DNA of 64,000 nucleotides from Octopus vulgaris (lineage: Eukaryota), in assembly GCA_951406725.2 (NCBI GenBank), contig OX597824.1:92938001-93002000 (forward strand), in the 5' to 3' direction. The translations under genes and the position numbers were made by a program. This document shows, in pieces, positions 1 through 13,695 of the stretch (positions are counted from its first letter, which is position 1; the number at the start of each line of letters is the position of its first letter). The notes below the pieces were generated by a model that saw only the letters and a program-made list of their open reading frames with translations, was not told the DNA's origin and searched no databases.

Positions 1-126
1 GCAAAGTTTCTATAGAAGCTATACTGGACATTCTACTCCAATCTCCTTCAAGAATTTGTCGATATATTTGGTTACAGTTTGCAATGCACCAATTGTTACA
101 CGCACAACTTCTAAGGTGTTCATAAT
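1..126 (-). mobile_element. R4/Dong-type RLE non-LTR retrotransposon, C-terminal remnant running off the window edge
   Basis: Minus strand reads MNTLEVVRVTIGALQTVTKYIDKFLKEIGVECPV*LL*KLC. This matches the VVPV-IGALG...L..IG....LLQK C-terminus of the other RLE copies in this window. Confidence 0.7.
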
Positions 127-239
127 CGAAATTATTATTGTGACAGATATAAGAGAAATAAACAGAAGTATACGAAAACTAAAGAGAACTTTTATGAGAA
201 TAATAATAAGGGTTTCAAATTTTAGCACAAGACTGGCAA

Positions 240-840
240 TTTCGGAGGGGGAGTTAGGTCGATTTCAACGACCCTTCTACTCAACTGGTACTTATTTACT
301 CGAAACGGAAAGGATGACAAGTAAAGCAACCTCGGTAAAATTTGAACGTAAAAAGTGAAGACTGACAAAATGACGCAAATTATTTCATTTCGCCTGTATT
401 GCTAACGATTCTGCCAGCTCACTGCATTTATGAGAATATTAATAATCCTTCCTACTATAGGCACAAGGCCGGAAATTTGGGGGGAGGGGGAAGACGATTG
501 CATCAACCCTAGTGCTTGACTGGTACTTAATTTATCGATCCCCGAAAGAATAAAACGTAAAGTCGACCTCGACGGATTTTTTATCTCAGAACGTAACGGC
601 AGACGGAATACCTATTTCTTTACTACCCACAAGGAGCTACACACAGAGGGGACAAACACGGGTAGATAAACAGATTAAGTCGATTGTATAGACCCCAGTG
701 CGTAACTGATACTTAATTTATCGACCCCGAAAGGATGAACGGCAAAGTTGACCTCGGCGGAAATTGAACTCAGAACGTAGCAGCAGACAAAATACGGCTA
801 CGCATTTCGCCCGGTGTGCTAAAATTTCTGCTAGCTTGCC
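240..840 (-). mobile_element. Cluster of SINE family A copies (tRNA-like head, Nin/Deu-like core): degenerate 240-425, older body 445-612, younger copy 613-840
   Basis: Reverse complement contains B-box GAGTTCAA(A/T)TTCC, core GCCTTTCATCCTTTCGGGGTCGATAAA and tail ...CCTTGTGGGTAGTAAAGAAATA. Confidence 0.9.
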
Positions 841-1315
841 AGATTACAAGAGTAGTAATAATATTAGTAGCATTTATTGAAAATGGTTTTTGGTTCCAGT
901 ACAAAGCGAGAAGATCCGAAGGGAAGTAAGCTTGTCGATACCGTCGAATCCAGTTTTAGAATAGGACTTCAAGTTATCAATCCTGGATGGATGAATGACA
1001 AAAATGTCATCGAGGGGTTTCGAAATCAGAACGTAAATAATAAACAAATGTGTATATAGAGCAGAAGGAAATATTCTTGTCATGACATGTTGCTAGGCTT
1101 TTCTCGTTCAATGTTACCGTGCATCTATTCTAAGAATCTGCCATTGCAATCGAATGATATTTTTACATTCTTCAATAATATCCGTTTAATCCGAAACGGA
1201 TCTGGTTTGGGATTAACTGATTATACGATTGCACATTTGTGTATTAAATAGCCATTATATTCAATGCCATTACGACGTTTATTTGCATTCGGTCTCTCAG
1301 GTTAAATGATTTTCA

Positions 1316-1380
<65 letters not shown>

Positions 1381-1919
1381 TACACTGGAACGCATTAACT
1401 GTTTCTTAAGCATTAGAGCTTGTAATGCAGGCCATTGGGGACGTTTCTCTTTTGAACCTCTAATAAAAGTGAATTCCCTAATGATGTTTAGTAATCTGAA
1501 GAAGATTTATATCGACAACACCTTACCCATCCTTGTGACATGTTGCTAAACTAAAGATGAAAATAACATTTCGGTGATGAATGTCGCTTATTAGGAATTT
1601 CTGAAAGGTGGTAACTAAGAGGAACGATACACTGCTTTGCTAATCCTGTAGACACATTATGTACAGTTAATGTAGTTAATCTGAAACAACGTGACGTAAT
1701 CCGATCCATCAACTAGCATTGATATGCAATGAAAATATGAATTTCAAAGTTTTGCACAAGGCCAGTAATTTCAGTGGAGGAGTGCTCAATTGGTACATAT
1801 TTTATCGAGCCCCATTGGATGAAAATTAAAATCGACATCTGCTGAATTTGAAACCAGATCGATATAATGCGTTTATATCCAGGAGTGGTAAGTCCTGCCA
1901 AGACAATGAAAATATTATT

Positions 1920-2365
1920 TTCTACTCTTGACACAAGGCCCGACATTTTGGGGGAGGGGACCAGTCGATTAGATCGACCCCAAAACGCAACTGGTACTTA
2001 ACATATCGACCAAAAAGGATGAAAGGTAAAGTCGACCTCCGCAGAATTTGAACCCAGAGAGTAAAAACAGACGAAATACCTATTTCTTTACTACCCATAG
2101 GGAACTAAACACAGAGGAGACAAACAAGGACAGACAGACGGATTAAGTCGATTATATCGACCCCAGTACGTAACTGGTACTTAATTTATCGACCCCGAAA
2201 TGATGAAAGCAAAGTTGACCTCGGCGGAATTTGAACACAGAACGTTATGGCAGACGAAATACAGCTAAGCACTTCGCCCGGCGTGCTAACGTTCCTTATT
2301 TCTTTATTGCCCACAAAGGGCTAAACATAGAGGGAGACAAAAAAAGGATTAACAAGGACAGACAA
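1920..2365 (-). mobile_element. Nested SINE A copies: old body 1920-2080, younger copy 2081-2295, extra tail fragment 2296-2365
   Basis: Same head, core and tail motifs as 4068-4299. Junctions at 2080/2081 and 2295/2296. Confidence 0.9.
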
Positions 2366-2550
2366 CCAAGGAGAGACATGCCGGACAATATATGTGGGAT
2401 CTACCCGCCAGTCGACACATAAATTTCAAGCATGTAACTATTGATTGTTACGGTAGTAGATAAAACACATCACATATTTCAATCCGGAATACTTTATATA
2501 CACAGGAAACAATTATTAACTTGTTTTGTGAAGGTGTACGGGATATAACT

Positions 2551-2757
2551 CTTTTTACTTTACTTGCTTCAGTCATTTTTACTGCGGTCATGCTGGAGCA
2601 CCGCCTTTAGTCGAGCAAATCGACCCCGGGACTTATTCTTTGTAAGCCCAGTACTTATTCTATCGGTCTCTTTTGCCGAACCGCTAAGTGACGGGGACGT
2701 AAACACACCAGCATTGGTTGTCAAGCAATGCTAGGGGGGACAAACACAGACACACAA

Positions 2758-2792
<35 letters not shown>

Positions 2793-2963
2793 CATATATA
2801 CGACAGGCTTCTTTCAGTTTCCGTCTACCAAATCCACTCACAAGGCATTGGTCGGCCCGGGGCTATAGCAGAAGACACTTGCCCAAGATGCCACGCAATG
2901 GGACTGAACCCGGAACCATGTGGTTGGTAAGCAAGCTACTTACTACACAGCCACTCCTGCGCC
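2551..2963 (-). mobile_element. Full-length SINE family B (tRNA head, CORE-like segment, internal TA/CA repeat, CR1-type tail)
   Basis: Reverse complement: GGCGCAGGAGTGGCTGTGTAGTAAG (A box), GGGTTCAGTCCC (B box), CTTGGGCAAGTGTCTTC (CORE-like), ending GGCGGTGCTCCAGCATGACCGCAGT...GTAAAAAG. Partial copies at 6485-6620, 13245-13450, 14175-14340 and 43720-43860. Confidence 0.9.
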
Positions 2964-4067
2964 TATATATTTCTAAATAAAAAAAAACACCACCTAGTTT
3001 TGAATAACCGTTGAAATTACTGGTCTTCTTACAATGTTATTGATTGTTTAAAAAATGTCTTGTATCGCAAATATTCTCAAAATATATTTCTCTCACAATG
3101 CTTATTTAAATGACCATTTCTATCTCAAAATAAAGCTATATGATAAGATTTAAGGTATAAAATTTCATCATTTGGTATAAAATTGTCACGCAAGATTATA
3201 CTTGACTTCATCGGAATCCAAGAAACATATGTTCCATTATGACTAATTCATTATTCTAGTGAATTTGTGTCTACTTAACGGTTATTGAGTTCCACTGTCT
3301 GCCTTAGTTCCCGCAGGATAGACATTTCTCAACACCCGTGGCAGTGAAGTTCTTATGGAAACAAGAAACTATCAACAAATGTTCTGACCTTCTTTGTATA
3401 TCTCATAAATTATGAACTCTACAAGACATCATCATATGCCAAATGAAGTGAATATTGAGAAAACTTAATTCAATTACGTCTCTGAATTGCTATTCTTCAA
3501 CCGACTCTCCTAAGGCATGAAGTACGCAGCATCTGCTCCATATTATACGGCAAATCACTCATATATTCACTAATAATTGCTTGCTTGTATAGAAATGTGA
3601 CGGAGATGGAAGCATTATTTTAGTATTAAATTTCTGATTTTGTTTTCAGTTCAGATTGCACAGGGGTCGATTGTGTATTGCCTCTGCTGGAGCATTCTGA
3701 AATAAATACAAGCCAGTGTTATTTCTATTGTTTTCAGAACTAAGCCCAAACTGTCTTCGCTTCGTCACTCTAACCATCTAATACAAATCAAGAGAAATAT
3801 CTGTGTAGTTCTTTAAGACAGTGGTGTGTGATGGAGATCATGTTCCATCGATTTCTTCCAATTCAAAGAACATGCACAGTCTTGTGTTTCGTTTCGTAAC
3901 AAAATGATGATGTTCGAACTGGCATTTAAAAAACAGATACTAAGGTTGATTTCATTTACTAAAACTTTCATGGCCGTGCTCCATTACTGTTGCGGCCCTC
4001 TCACTGAAGCTAGCATAAACGCAATATGCTCATCTTTCGTAAGACAATTTAGTTTATCTCTTTCTAA

Positions 4068-4564
4068 GGCGGCGAGCTGGCAGAAATGTTAGCACGCCGG
4101 GCGAAATGCTTAGCTGTATTTCGTCTGCCGTTACGTTGTGAGTTCAAATTCCGCCGAGGTCGACTTTGCCTTTCATCCTTTCGGGAGTCGATAAATTAAG
4201 TACCAGTTACGCACTGGGGTCGATGTAATCGACTTAATACCTATGTCTGTCCTTGTTTGTCCCCTCTATGTTTAGCCCCTTGTGGGTAATAAAGAAATAG
4301 GTATTTCGTCTGTCTTTTATGTTTTGAGTTCAAATTTCGCCGAGGTCGACTTTGCCTTTCATCCGTTTGGGGTCGATAAATTAAGTACCAGTTGCGCACT
4401 GTGGTCGATATAATCGACTTCATCCGTTTGTCTGTCCTTGTTTGTACTTTCTGTGTTTAGCCCCTTGTGAGTAGTAAAGAAATAGGTATTTCGTCTGTCA
4501 TCACGTTCAGAGTTCAAATTCCGCCGAGGTTGACTTCACCTTTCATCCTTTCATGGTCGATAAA
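4068..4564 (+). mobile_element. SINE A trimer: full unit 4068-4299, unit 4300-4484, truncated unit 4485-4564
   Basis: GGCGGCGAGCTGGCAGAA head, GAGTTCAAATTCC B box and tail AATAAAGAAATA. Units 2 and 3 both start at GGTATTTCGTC. Confidence 0.95.
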
Positions 4565-4565
4565 G

Positions 4566-4752
4566 AGGATGAACTGCAAAGTTGACCTCAATTGAATTTG
4601 ACCTCAAAACATAAAGACAGATGAAATGCCGCTAAGAAACTTGCCCGGAATACGTCGACCTCGGCAGAATTTGAAATCAGTACGTAAAGAAAGATGAAAT
4701 ACCGCTAAGCATTTCACCCGGCGTGCTAACTATTCTGCCAACTCACCGCCTT
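4566..4752 (-). mobile_element. Two partial SINE A copies inverted relative to 4068-4564
   Basis: Reverse complement of head and B-box region: GCTAACTATTCTGCCAACTCACCGCC and GTCGACCTCGGCAGAATTTGAA. Confidence 0.85.
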
Positions 4753-6127
4753 GATTTTATTAATAACAAACTTAACACACATGTGTATTTTGTTACTGAT
4801 AGCCAGCCAGTCACAATATGATAATAATGTAGAATTACTAAAATAATGATAGTTTGTTGTATTACTTACTTGGCGTATTTTTATTCAGAATAGTAATGGC
4901 TGATTAAATTTGTATCACGATCTCATCATCTTTCTAGAATGACGCGCTTCATTTGTTTACTTTTACGGCATGTCACGCTACTATCTTAATGGCTTTTTCT
5001 TTTTACTTAATTGCTTTTAATACTCTAAATTATATTACTAAGCGAAAGTGAAAGTAGCAGAGAAAATTTTCTAATCTAGTATACCATTTCATGTATAACA
5101 TAACATTTTTGTAACTTCATTTTCTTTCATATAATTAACTCAAAACTAATCTTGCTATGTCATAAGCTTGCACAGAAATACCATACTTACTAAGTAAATG
5201 AAAAAAAGAAAAAAATATATCCGCATGATTTTATATATTTATTATTTATGATTAGGTTGAAGAAAAATAAAATAAGCAAGGCCGCCATTGAGAATTTTGA
5301 GCGAAATCTCATTATGAATTTTTAAAAAACTGAAAGTGTATTTATTCATATATTCTCAGTTCTAAGTTTTCCTTCGTAAGTTTTCCGTAATTTTATTTCT
5401 GCGTATGTTCGAGTTCGTGCCATTGTGTACAAGCGTGTGAATGTAAAAATTTATATTTTCATTTGTGTATTTAAACATGTGACGTTTGGATATGTCTATA
5501 TAATGCTGAAATAGATCGTGGATAATTTGATTTCGAGACACGCGCGCACGCACCTACACACCGACACATAAGCACACGCGTGGATATTTATAAGGTCATG
5601 GATTTCAAAATTCTTCGTTATTAAATGCTATTCTTATGAGGTTGCTTAGGAAAGAAATTTAAGTTGTGCGTTTAGTTTTGTCAATAATATATCAAATTAT
5701 TTAATAACACTAGCAGAACGCGACAAATGAAATAATAAAAATGTTTAAAGTTCTCATGAAAGTACGTTTGTGCACGAATAGAACTAAAATTATTTATTAT
5801 TATCCTGTTGTTATTGCTTAGTCAGCAAAAGGGTGTGTGACATACCCGTGTAGCACAACACTAATGAGAACAATTATATACATCAGTGACACTAGAAAGT
5901 TGACATCTGAAACAAATATTGGAAAATTATGGTGAACCAAGAGAAATGGCGACCTTGATAGTAAAAGACGAGAGAGTATTTTGTCTGCTGAGTGATGACG
6001 TTGGAGAGGTACGTTAGAAGTTAAGACCTGAAGAGAAATGTGTGTGTGCGTCAGTTGTTGTGTCTGGGTGTGATATGAACTTACTTCTTCTGAGGGGACA
6101 AAGATTATTATGGTAGAGGTAGATGAA

Positions 6128-6220
6128 TGCGGTGAGCTGGCAGAAACGTTAGCACGCCGGGCGAAATGCGTAGCCGTATTTCGTCTGCCGTTACGTTCAG
6201 AGTTCAAATTTCCTCCGAGG
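6128..6220 (+). mobile_element. SINE A head fragment ending in a TA-rich microsatellite
   Basis: GCGGTGAGCTGGCAGAAACGTTAGCACGCCGGGCG...GAGTTCAAATTTCC. Confidence 0.85.
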
Positions 6221-6381
6221 TATATATATATACATATGAATGTATATACATATACACATATATGTATCTATATGTATATATATGTATGTATATACATATA
6301 TATATATACATATTTATATATATGTATGTATATATTGATATATATATATATATATATAAAATAGTGGTTTTGTCTCTAATA

Positions 6382-6424
<43 letters not shown>

Positions 6425-6484
6425 GTATGTATGTACACATATATATGTTTATGTGTGTATGTATATATATATATATATATATAC
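6220..6484. repeat. Degenerate (TA)n/(TATG)n microsatellite
   Basis: Directly visible. Confidence 0.9.
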
Positions 6485-7999
6485 GACGGCCTTCTTTCAG
6501 TTTACGTCTGCCAAATCTACTCACAAGGATCTAGTCGGTCCGAGACTATAGTAGAAACCACTTGCCCAAGGTGACACGCAGTGGGACTGAACCCGGAACT
6601 ATGTGGCTGTTAAACAAGTTATACACCATTTGGATGAATGAAAGATTTGAGCAGCTAAACATCGTTTGATATTTCGTTTTCATTTTGTTTCATACAAAAA
6701 TACGCGCGTCTCTAATTATTAACTACAAGTATTTGCATATACATGCTTATCTATACACAGATATGTGTACAATGGTGTTTACGTATATACTTAATTTGGA
6801 AGAGAATATTTACAGACAACTGCTTGTCTTGAAATATATAAATTCCATATTGATATTATAATAATTTTCAGAAGTACTCGAATATGTTGCTGTTTCTCGC
6901 TCGTCTCCAAAACCTGGGTTTCTCAATCAAACTAAGTAATCAACTAACACGAACCTGACAAATGCTTTACAAGACAAATATTTAACTTTTTCCCGTTTTT
7001 TATTGTATAAATTCAATGAATGGCACTTTGTTTTGGTGTGATTTTGTGAAAAATACATACGCTATTTATTAGAAAGTATACAAATAATTTGAAAATAAAT
7101 ATAATATCTAGGCTTACATGCATCAGTACATAAAGCTGTAGGTTCCTAAACACACACTTGTAAATATTATCTAAATAAAAAAAAGTCTGACAAATTTGAC
7201 AAATAGTAAAGCAATTTATCTCAGGGACGAATCACAAATAATATGTCCCTAATGTAAAGATGTTGAAATAAAAAGAGCATATCTACTGAAAGCTAAAACT
7301 TAGAGGCAAATTCGGTAAAAATTGTAATTCGGATAAACGTGTAGATATATAATCAATGGCCTCATGTTCATTTGATTTCTAATCTTATTTGACATATATG
7401 GATATTGTAGTGGAAAATAGAACCGAAAGGATGACAAATACAAAGAACTACACCCACATGAAAAAAACATGATGTTTTGTAAATGGATGTATACTTTGTA
7501 CGATGTGAATCATGTCATGACAAGTTCGTTGGAAATGTCAACGTGTCATTAACTTTGTAGCGGTGATATGACATTAGAGAAACGATATATAATGCAGTTA
7601 GTATAGAGAGCAGAACACGAAGGCGATCGACATCATAAAACATGATTTTTACATATGTAAACTACAACCCGACATTCGCTTATGCACCTACACATGCAAA
7701 CGTATATATTTCTATACATAGGCACTTACTCACATACACCTAAATATACGCACACGTACACATACTCATACACATACGCATGTACTTGCGTAGACAAACA
7801 GACACACATTGATACATAATTATACAAACAACCATTCTTATACAGACCGAAATATATATGCAAACATACGTATACAGCTGTGAAATATAGAAATGTCGTC
7901 TTTCAATCAGCTGAAGAATTTTCACAAACACACAAATATATACATACCTGTGTGTGTGTATGCAATATGTGAGTTATGTGTGTAAGGAATATAATGATT

Positions 8000-8185
8000 T
8001 TAGCTTTGCTTTTCCTTGGGGCTGGTCAGACTGGAGCAATTCCGAGTGTAACCAGCCGAAATTGCACAGATAATCTGGAACTCCACTGAGGAAAAAAAAC
8101 TCTGAATGACACATCCATGTTTTTTCTTGTCCCTTTTTGTATCATCTAACTGTCTGGATGTTTTGCATTCTTGTCCCATTTTAGG
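8000..8185 (+). mobile_element. Interspersed repeat family G, probably a Penelope-like 3' terminal region; homologous to 26460-26655
   Basis: Shares GGAGCA.T..CGAGT..AACCAG.CG.AA and GTTTTTTCTTGTCCCT.TTTTGTATCATCT...TGTCTGGATG with 26480-26650. Confidence 0.6.
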
Positions 8186-8194
8186 TATTCCTTC

Positions 8195-8675
8195 ATATAT
8201 ACATACGCACATACATACATACATACATACATACATACATACATACATACATACATACATACATACATACATACATAAATACATACATACATACATACAT
8301 ACATACATACATAAATGCATACATACATACATACATACATACATACATACATGCATACATACATACATACATACATATATACATAAATGCATACATACAT
8401 ACATACATATATACATAAATGCATACATACATACATACATACAAACATATATATACATACATACATAAATGCATATATATATACATACATACATATATAC
8501 ATACATACATACATACATACATACATACATACATACATACATACATACATACATACATAAATACATAAATACATACATAAATACATACATACATACATAC
8601 ACACATACACACATACATACATACATACATACATACATACATACATACATACATACATGCATATATAAATATAAA
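8195..8675. repeat. (TACA)n microsatellite
   Basis: About 480 bp of ACAT repeats; source of the MYVC/HTYI pseudo-ORFs. Confidence 0.95.
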
Positions 8676-10093
8676 TATAACGTTGTGATAACAAAACTAA
8701 AACACGGTTAGTACACCTATCCGTCCATTGCAAATAATGTAAAGGTAAAGAGATATACAGAAATGCAAAACAAGTCAGAAACATTAAGTAAAAAACACAA
8801 AGGAAAGTGAACACGATATGTCTTTTATCTATGAAATAGACTGGCATAGAAGTAGCAGCCGTCTCTTGGCCTTCGCAAGCATTTCATCATGACTACAGTT
8901 ATTTAAAAATACCCTGTCTGATTGACATACCCTGTCAATGAGAAAGATTGCAAGAAATAATCGATATTCGCCTTATCATAACCTACTATCTATCAAAGAA
9001 AAAAAAAACACGAGAATATGTTGAAGAGTATCATCATAAATTGTTAAACAAAACAAGGGTGATAACTGGTGATAGGCGTTTTGGTCTGCATGAGATCAGA
9101 TATGACCTCTTTTACACAGAAACAATAAGGGGAATAACAAAAACAACAACAGTAGCAACATCTCTTCCGATTATGCAAACACAGAAGATAATATGGTAAC
9201 GGAAATATGTAACTTCAAAAATAGGAAAGTGTTATGGCTGTTTTTAGGCTTTCACTTTGAGGACTTCATTAACTCGAAAGCTAAACCACTGAGTTTCACA
9301 AACAAACTTCGTATCTACACTTCTTATCTCATCGTAAAATGCCTAGTCATCTTAAATCGTACAAAACTGGGATTCACGTAGACACCTCAAATACTGGGAA
9401 ATTATAGGAAAATTTTAAAATATTCATCTCAGAATTGAACACAAGCGTTTTCCCGGTTTAATTAATTTAAATGTTGAGCTGACTTCTCAACTATGTCAAG
9501 ATATCTGATTTAAATACTTTTTTTTTACTCTTATATCAATTCAAATCGCTATTAGGAAAGCTGTGATTGCACTTTTAAGTACCTAATGTTCGACGCTTAT
9601 TTAAAGAAAATAATTATTATTTTACTCATTATTTGCTAATTTACTAGCAAGTAATTATTTAGCAATTTACGATTTTAGTAATTTGAATGATTTTTCTTTT
9701 CCTTACCAATTAATTAGTGACGATTCTTATCTTGGCACCGACGATTACCTCAGCAGATTTAAGTATTTCAACGTCCATCAGCAAGATTCTGTTTGTTTTT
9801 TTTTTTACGTTATCTCGTTTTCTAAGTCTCTCACACATTCTATCTCGTTAGTTCTACCCTCCTCTCTCGCTTTCTTTCTCTCTGTCATTCTCTCTCTCTC
9901 TCTCTCTCTTTCTCTTTCTCTGACTTTCATTCTCTCTCACTCACACTTACTCTTACTGTTCCTCTACATTCCTACCAATCAGATCTGCTTTCACATTCAC
10001 ATATAAGGATAGGATATATTCCAGAAGCAACAAAAGCAAAAATGCACGGAGCCTGTCTATGTAAGATTGTGGGCATACACACATTCATATATC

Positions 10094-10278
<185 letters not shown>

Positions 10279-10279
10279 T

Positions 10280-10450
10280 TTATATTTTTTATATTTTATA
10301 TTTTATCTAGTTTCAGCTCGTGAGCTGTGGTCATGCTAGGGCACCGCCATTCAGTGTTGCTACATGATTTTTACTTCACGAATGCTTTTTAGCAATTGCC
10401 ATTTGGTGCATGAGAGAGTTCGATGCAGCTGCCTTCATCTGCACCTCCTG
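10280..10450 (-). mobile_element. 3' end of a CR1-group LINE (5'-truncated)
   Basis: Minus strand QEVQMKAAASNSLMHQMAIAKKHS* resembles the RAA-SNSL-HQ ORF2 terminus of invertebrate CR1-group LINEs. The 3' UTR has hairpin CAGCTC-AC-GAGCTG and an (ATAAAAT)n tail. Confidence 0.65.
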
Positions 10451-10829
10451 AATAACAGTAGTTAAAACATAAATAGTAGGAAGAATGATAAGATGCAGTA
10501 TATATCAATAACAACATTAAAAATGATAGCGATCGAAATACTAATAATGGGAAGAATAACAATACTAAGAATATGTATATTGATAATAATAAAAATGTAA
10601 ATAAAAATAATTATAACGTATCTCAAAGAACGAATGGAGCCACTGTTGGAACTGATAATACCATGATATATAAAATAAATAAATCGTACAGAAACAGCCG
10701 CAACAAAACGGATAGTAATAATAATAAAATTAACTATAGAAAGAAGAAGAATCTTAATCATAACTTTACGATCTACAATAATACTGATGACAGTTTCTAC
10801 ACCAAAAATAAAAATTTCAAAATGACAAA

Positions 10830-11624
10830 CGGAATAAGAATAACATCTGGTTAATAATCCCCTTCGCGATAAATTTAAAAACCAACATAGTTAAATCTAT
10901 AATGAGTCTTATAAATAAGAACATTAATACGAACACCTATTACTCAGAAATCTTTAGCAATAAAATTAGAGTAGGCCATAGTTTAACTAGCAGCCTATCG
11001 TCTATTATAACCTCTATCAACATGAAAAATAACTAGACGCCTTCTATGAAACTAGGAAGAAGAGCAATATAAGGCACAACAACCAATCGACTGACATAAT
11101 AAATGACCTCCCTAATATCTCGCCTTGATATAATGCGGACAACTACCTTATAAATAATAACCCCCTCAACATATCATAGGCACAGACAAGCTTAATAATC
11201 TAAGAGGCTGCAGAGATAAAAAAATTCTTGTGAATTCTCAAATAAATGTAAAACTGAAAACGTAATCAACCAATGTGATGTAATCGAAAACAATTACAAG
11301 AACACTTATATTGGAGCGACGAAAAATGAAATTAAACTTAGATGTAATTCCCATCGCACTAGTTTCAGAAATAGAAGTAACGCGAACTCTACCGGACTAA
11401 GTAGTTACATTTGGGGACTGAAAGACAATAACATTAATTATGGATTAGAATGGCGCATCCTAGCCAAAATGTCTTCATATAACATTAATAATGATCGTTG
11501 TAATTTATGTATAAACAAGAAACTCTACATCTTAATGGCCCAATCAGAATTATTTAATAAACGAGACGAGAAAAATAATTTTTGTTTGCATAAAGATAAA
11601 TTTTTATTCTCGACATATTGCTAA
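10830..11624 (+). mobile_element. Penelope-like element (Neptune-type) remnant: RT C-terminal linker, Cys motif and GIY-YIG endonuclease
   Basis: Hand translation gives KNNIWLIIPFAINLKTNIVKSIMSLINKN...EIFSNKIRVGHS. An open frame at about 11223-11624 follows: NSCEFSNKCKTENVINQCDVIENNYKNTYIGATKNEIKLRCNSHRTSFRNRSNANSTGLSSYIWGLKDNNINYGLEWRILAKMSSYNINNDRCNLCINKKLYIL...LFNKRDEKNNFCLHKDKFLFSTYC*. Confidence 0.85.
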
Positions 11625-13646
11625 ACCCTACGTATTCTTTAAATATCGCTAATCCCTACATTGCAGGTTCGTACCAGACCTGTTTAACATCTTATTACCT
11701 CTCTTAACCACCACACTTACCATATAACATAACTTAAACACGCTTCACATTTTAAACCAATTACCCCAATTAATATTTATTATATATATATATATATTAT
11801 AATCTACGCAGTACACTAAGTCCACAAAAGTAAGAAGACATTGTTGGCCACTCCCTCTGAATGGAATGTGAATGTCGAGCGGCGTTGGTTTCTGTAATGC
11901 CGTATGTGGTATACCTGCTATATAATACAAAAATATTCGCTGTCATTGCTTGGGACTCCATATCCAAAATGGATGGGCGAGTTCTAATCGCATATATTTA
12001 GTGATACTTTCATTACAATATCCACACATACAGTGAAACATAATAAGATTGATATGTGTGTAGATTTGCCAAATAAAACAGACAGCATTAACATTTATTT
12101 TCTGCTTCTCTCTACATAAGTATTTATTGTTAGATAAGATATATTCTAGCCAGTAAAGATGGGAATCAGTTTCGAGAAAGGCGCCTAAGTCAATTAAATC
12201 AACCCCAGTGCAGATCTGCTATTTATTTTGTCATCGCTGAAAAGATGAAATGCAGGGTCGATGTCGGTTTGAATTTGAACACAAAACATAATGATGGACG
12301 AAAAAAGGCTAAACGTTTTGTCCGGCATGCCAACTAGTCTACCAGTTCTCCACCTCTCATCCACGAAAGACATTAACTCTTATATAAAATCCTTATTTAC
12401 CCTGTGTACAGCAGATACCTCCTTTATTTTTTTACGACCTAAGGTGTTGCATGAGCTAAATATTTCGTCACACTGCTTGGTCTTCTACGGTCTGTCTGCT
12501 AAACCCAACGAGGTCAACTTTTCTTTTCATTCCTTTGTCATAGTGAAATAACGTATGAGCTATGTTCCGCGATCGATATACTCGAATATAACCTATTATC
12601 CATATCAAATTTGAAACACTGCTTATTCTAGCAACAGTTATTTATAAGTTTTCAAGTAGATATCATTAACCTGCCCGTCGTATCTTTTCATAAATAGATA
12701 TAAATGTTTGTATTCAAAGTATTCACATGGCAGATTGCGCAAATCTAAATATATTTCATGTAATAATATTTCGTACAATAAATATATATCGTTGGTGAGC
12801 AGCGATTATAATGGATGCAGTAATACAGTAGATTGCTCAGATAATCGGAATCAGGTATTTGCAACAACAGATTACCTCTGAAGCGGATTATAATTTATAT
12901 TCTCCCATTACAAGCTTGGCCAAGCCAAGCCATGCCAAGATGGTAAGTAATCTCATGTAGGCTTTTACCTTTTTATAATTGAATTAAAGCACCAACTGAC
13001 AACTTATAACACGTCAATTATTTGAATGTTATTATTGCGCCTCGGGATTCATAAAGAATATAAGGTCACCGATTCGAAGCCTCTCTGCGGATGTTTTACA
13101 AAATCCAATTTCGCTATATTCTTTCACTCGAGAACAGTTTTTTTTTTTTACAATCTTAAATGCTAGATTTCATACGTTTATTTCCCAGTCGTGCTGACCC
13201 AGGGTTAAACCTCAATAGAGACGAAAATGTTTTATCGTTTATCGTTCACTTGATTCGATCTTTTAGACTACGGCTATGCCGGGCAACTTTAGTCGAACAA
13301 CCCCGCGCCAGTACTTACATATTTTTCCAAACCCTGGTACTTATTCAATGCGTTTCTTTTGCCGAACTGCTAAGTTACAGAGTGAGACACGTATTAATAC
13401 AGGTTACCAAGTGGTGATGGGGAACTACTAGACACAAACACACACACACACGTATTATATATATAATTAACAATAGTGCTTGGTTGGAAATCATAAATAT
13501 GTAATGCATCGCTACGCGCGTTTCGACAAGTCTCATGTCTCTTAAGATCACAGTCCGTTTTCTTGAAAAGATTACAGTGTAGTCCATAGGTGCGGCATAA
13601 TGGAATAGGAGCTTAATTTGCATACTCAAAACGTCTGCTACAAACA

Positions 13647-13695
<49 letters not shown>

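Noticed and set aside
8940-9420. Possible decayed RT fragment
   Set aside because: Only vague motif resemblance; cannot be supported by eye.
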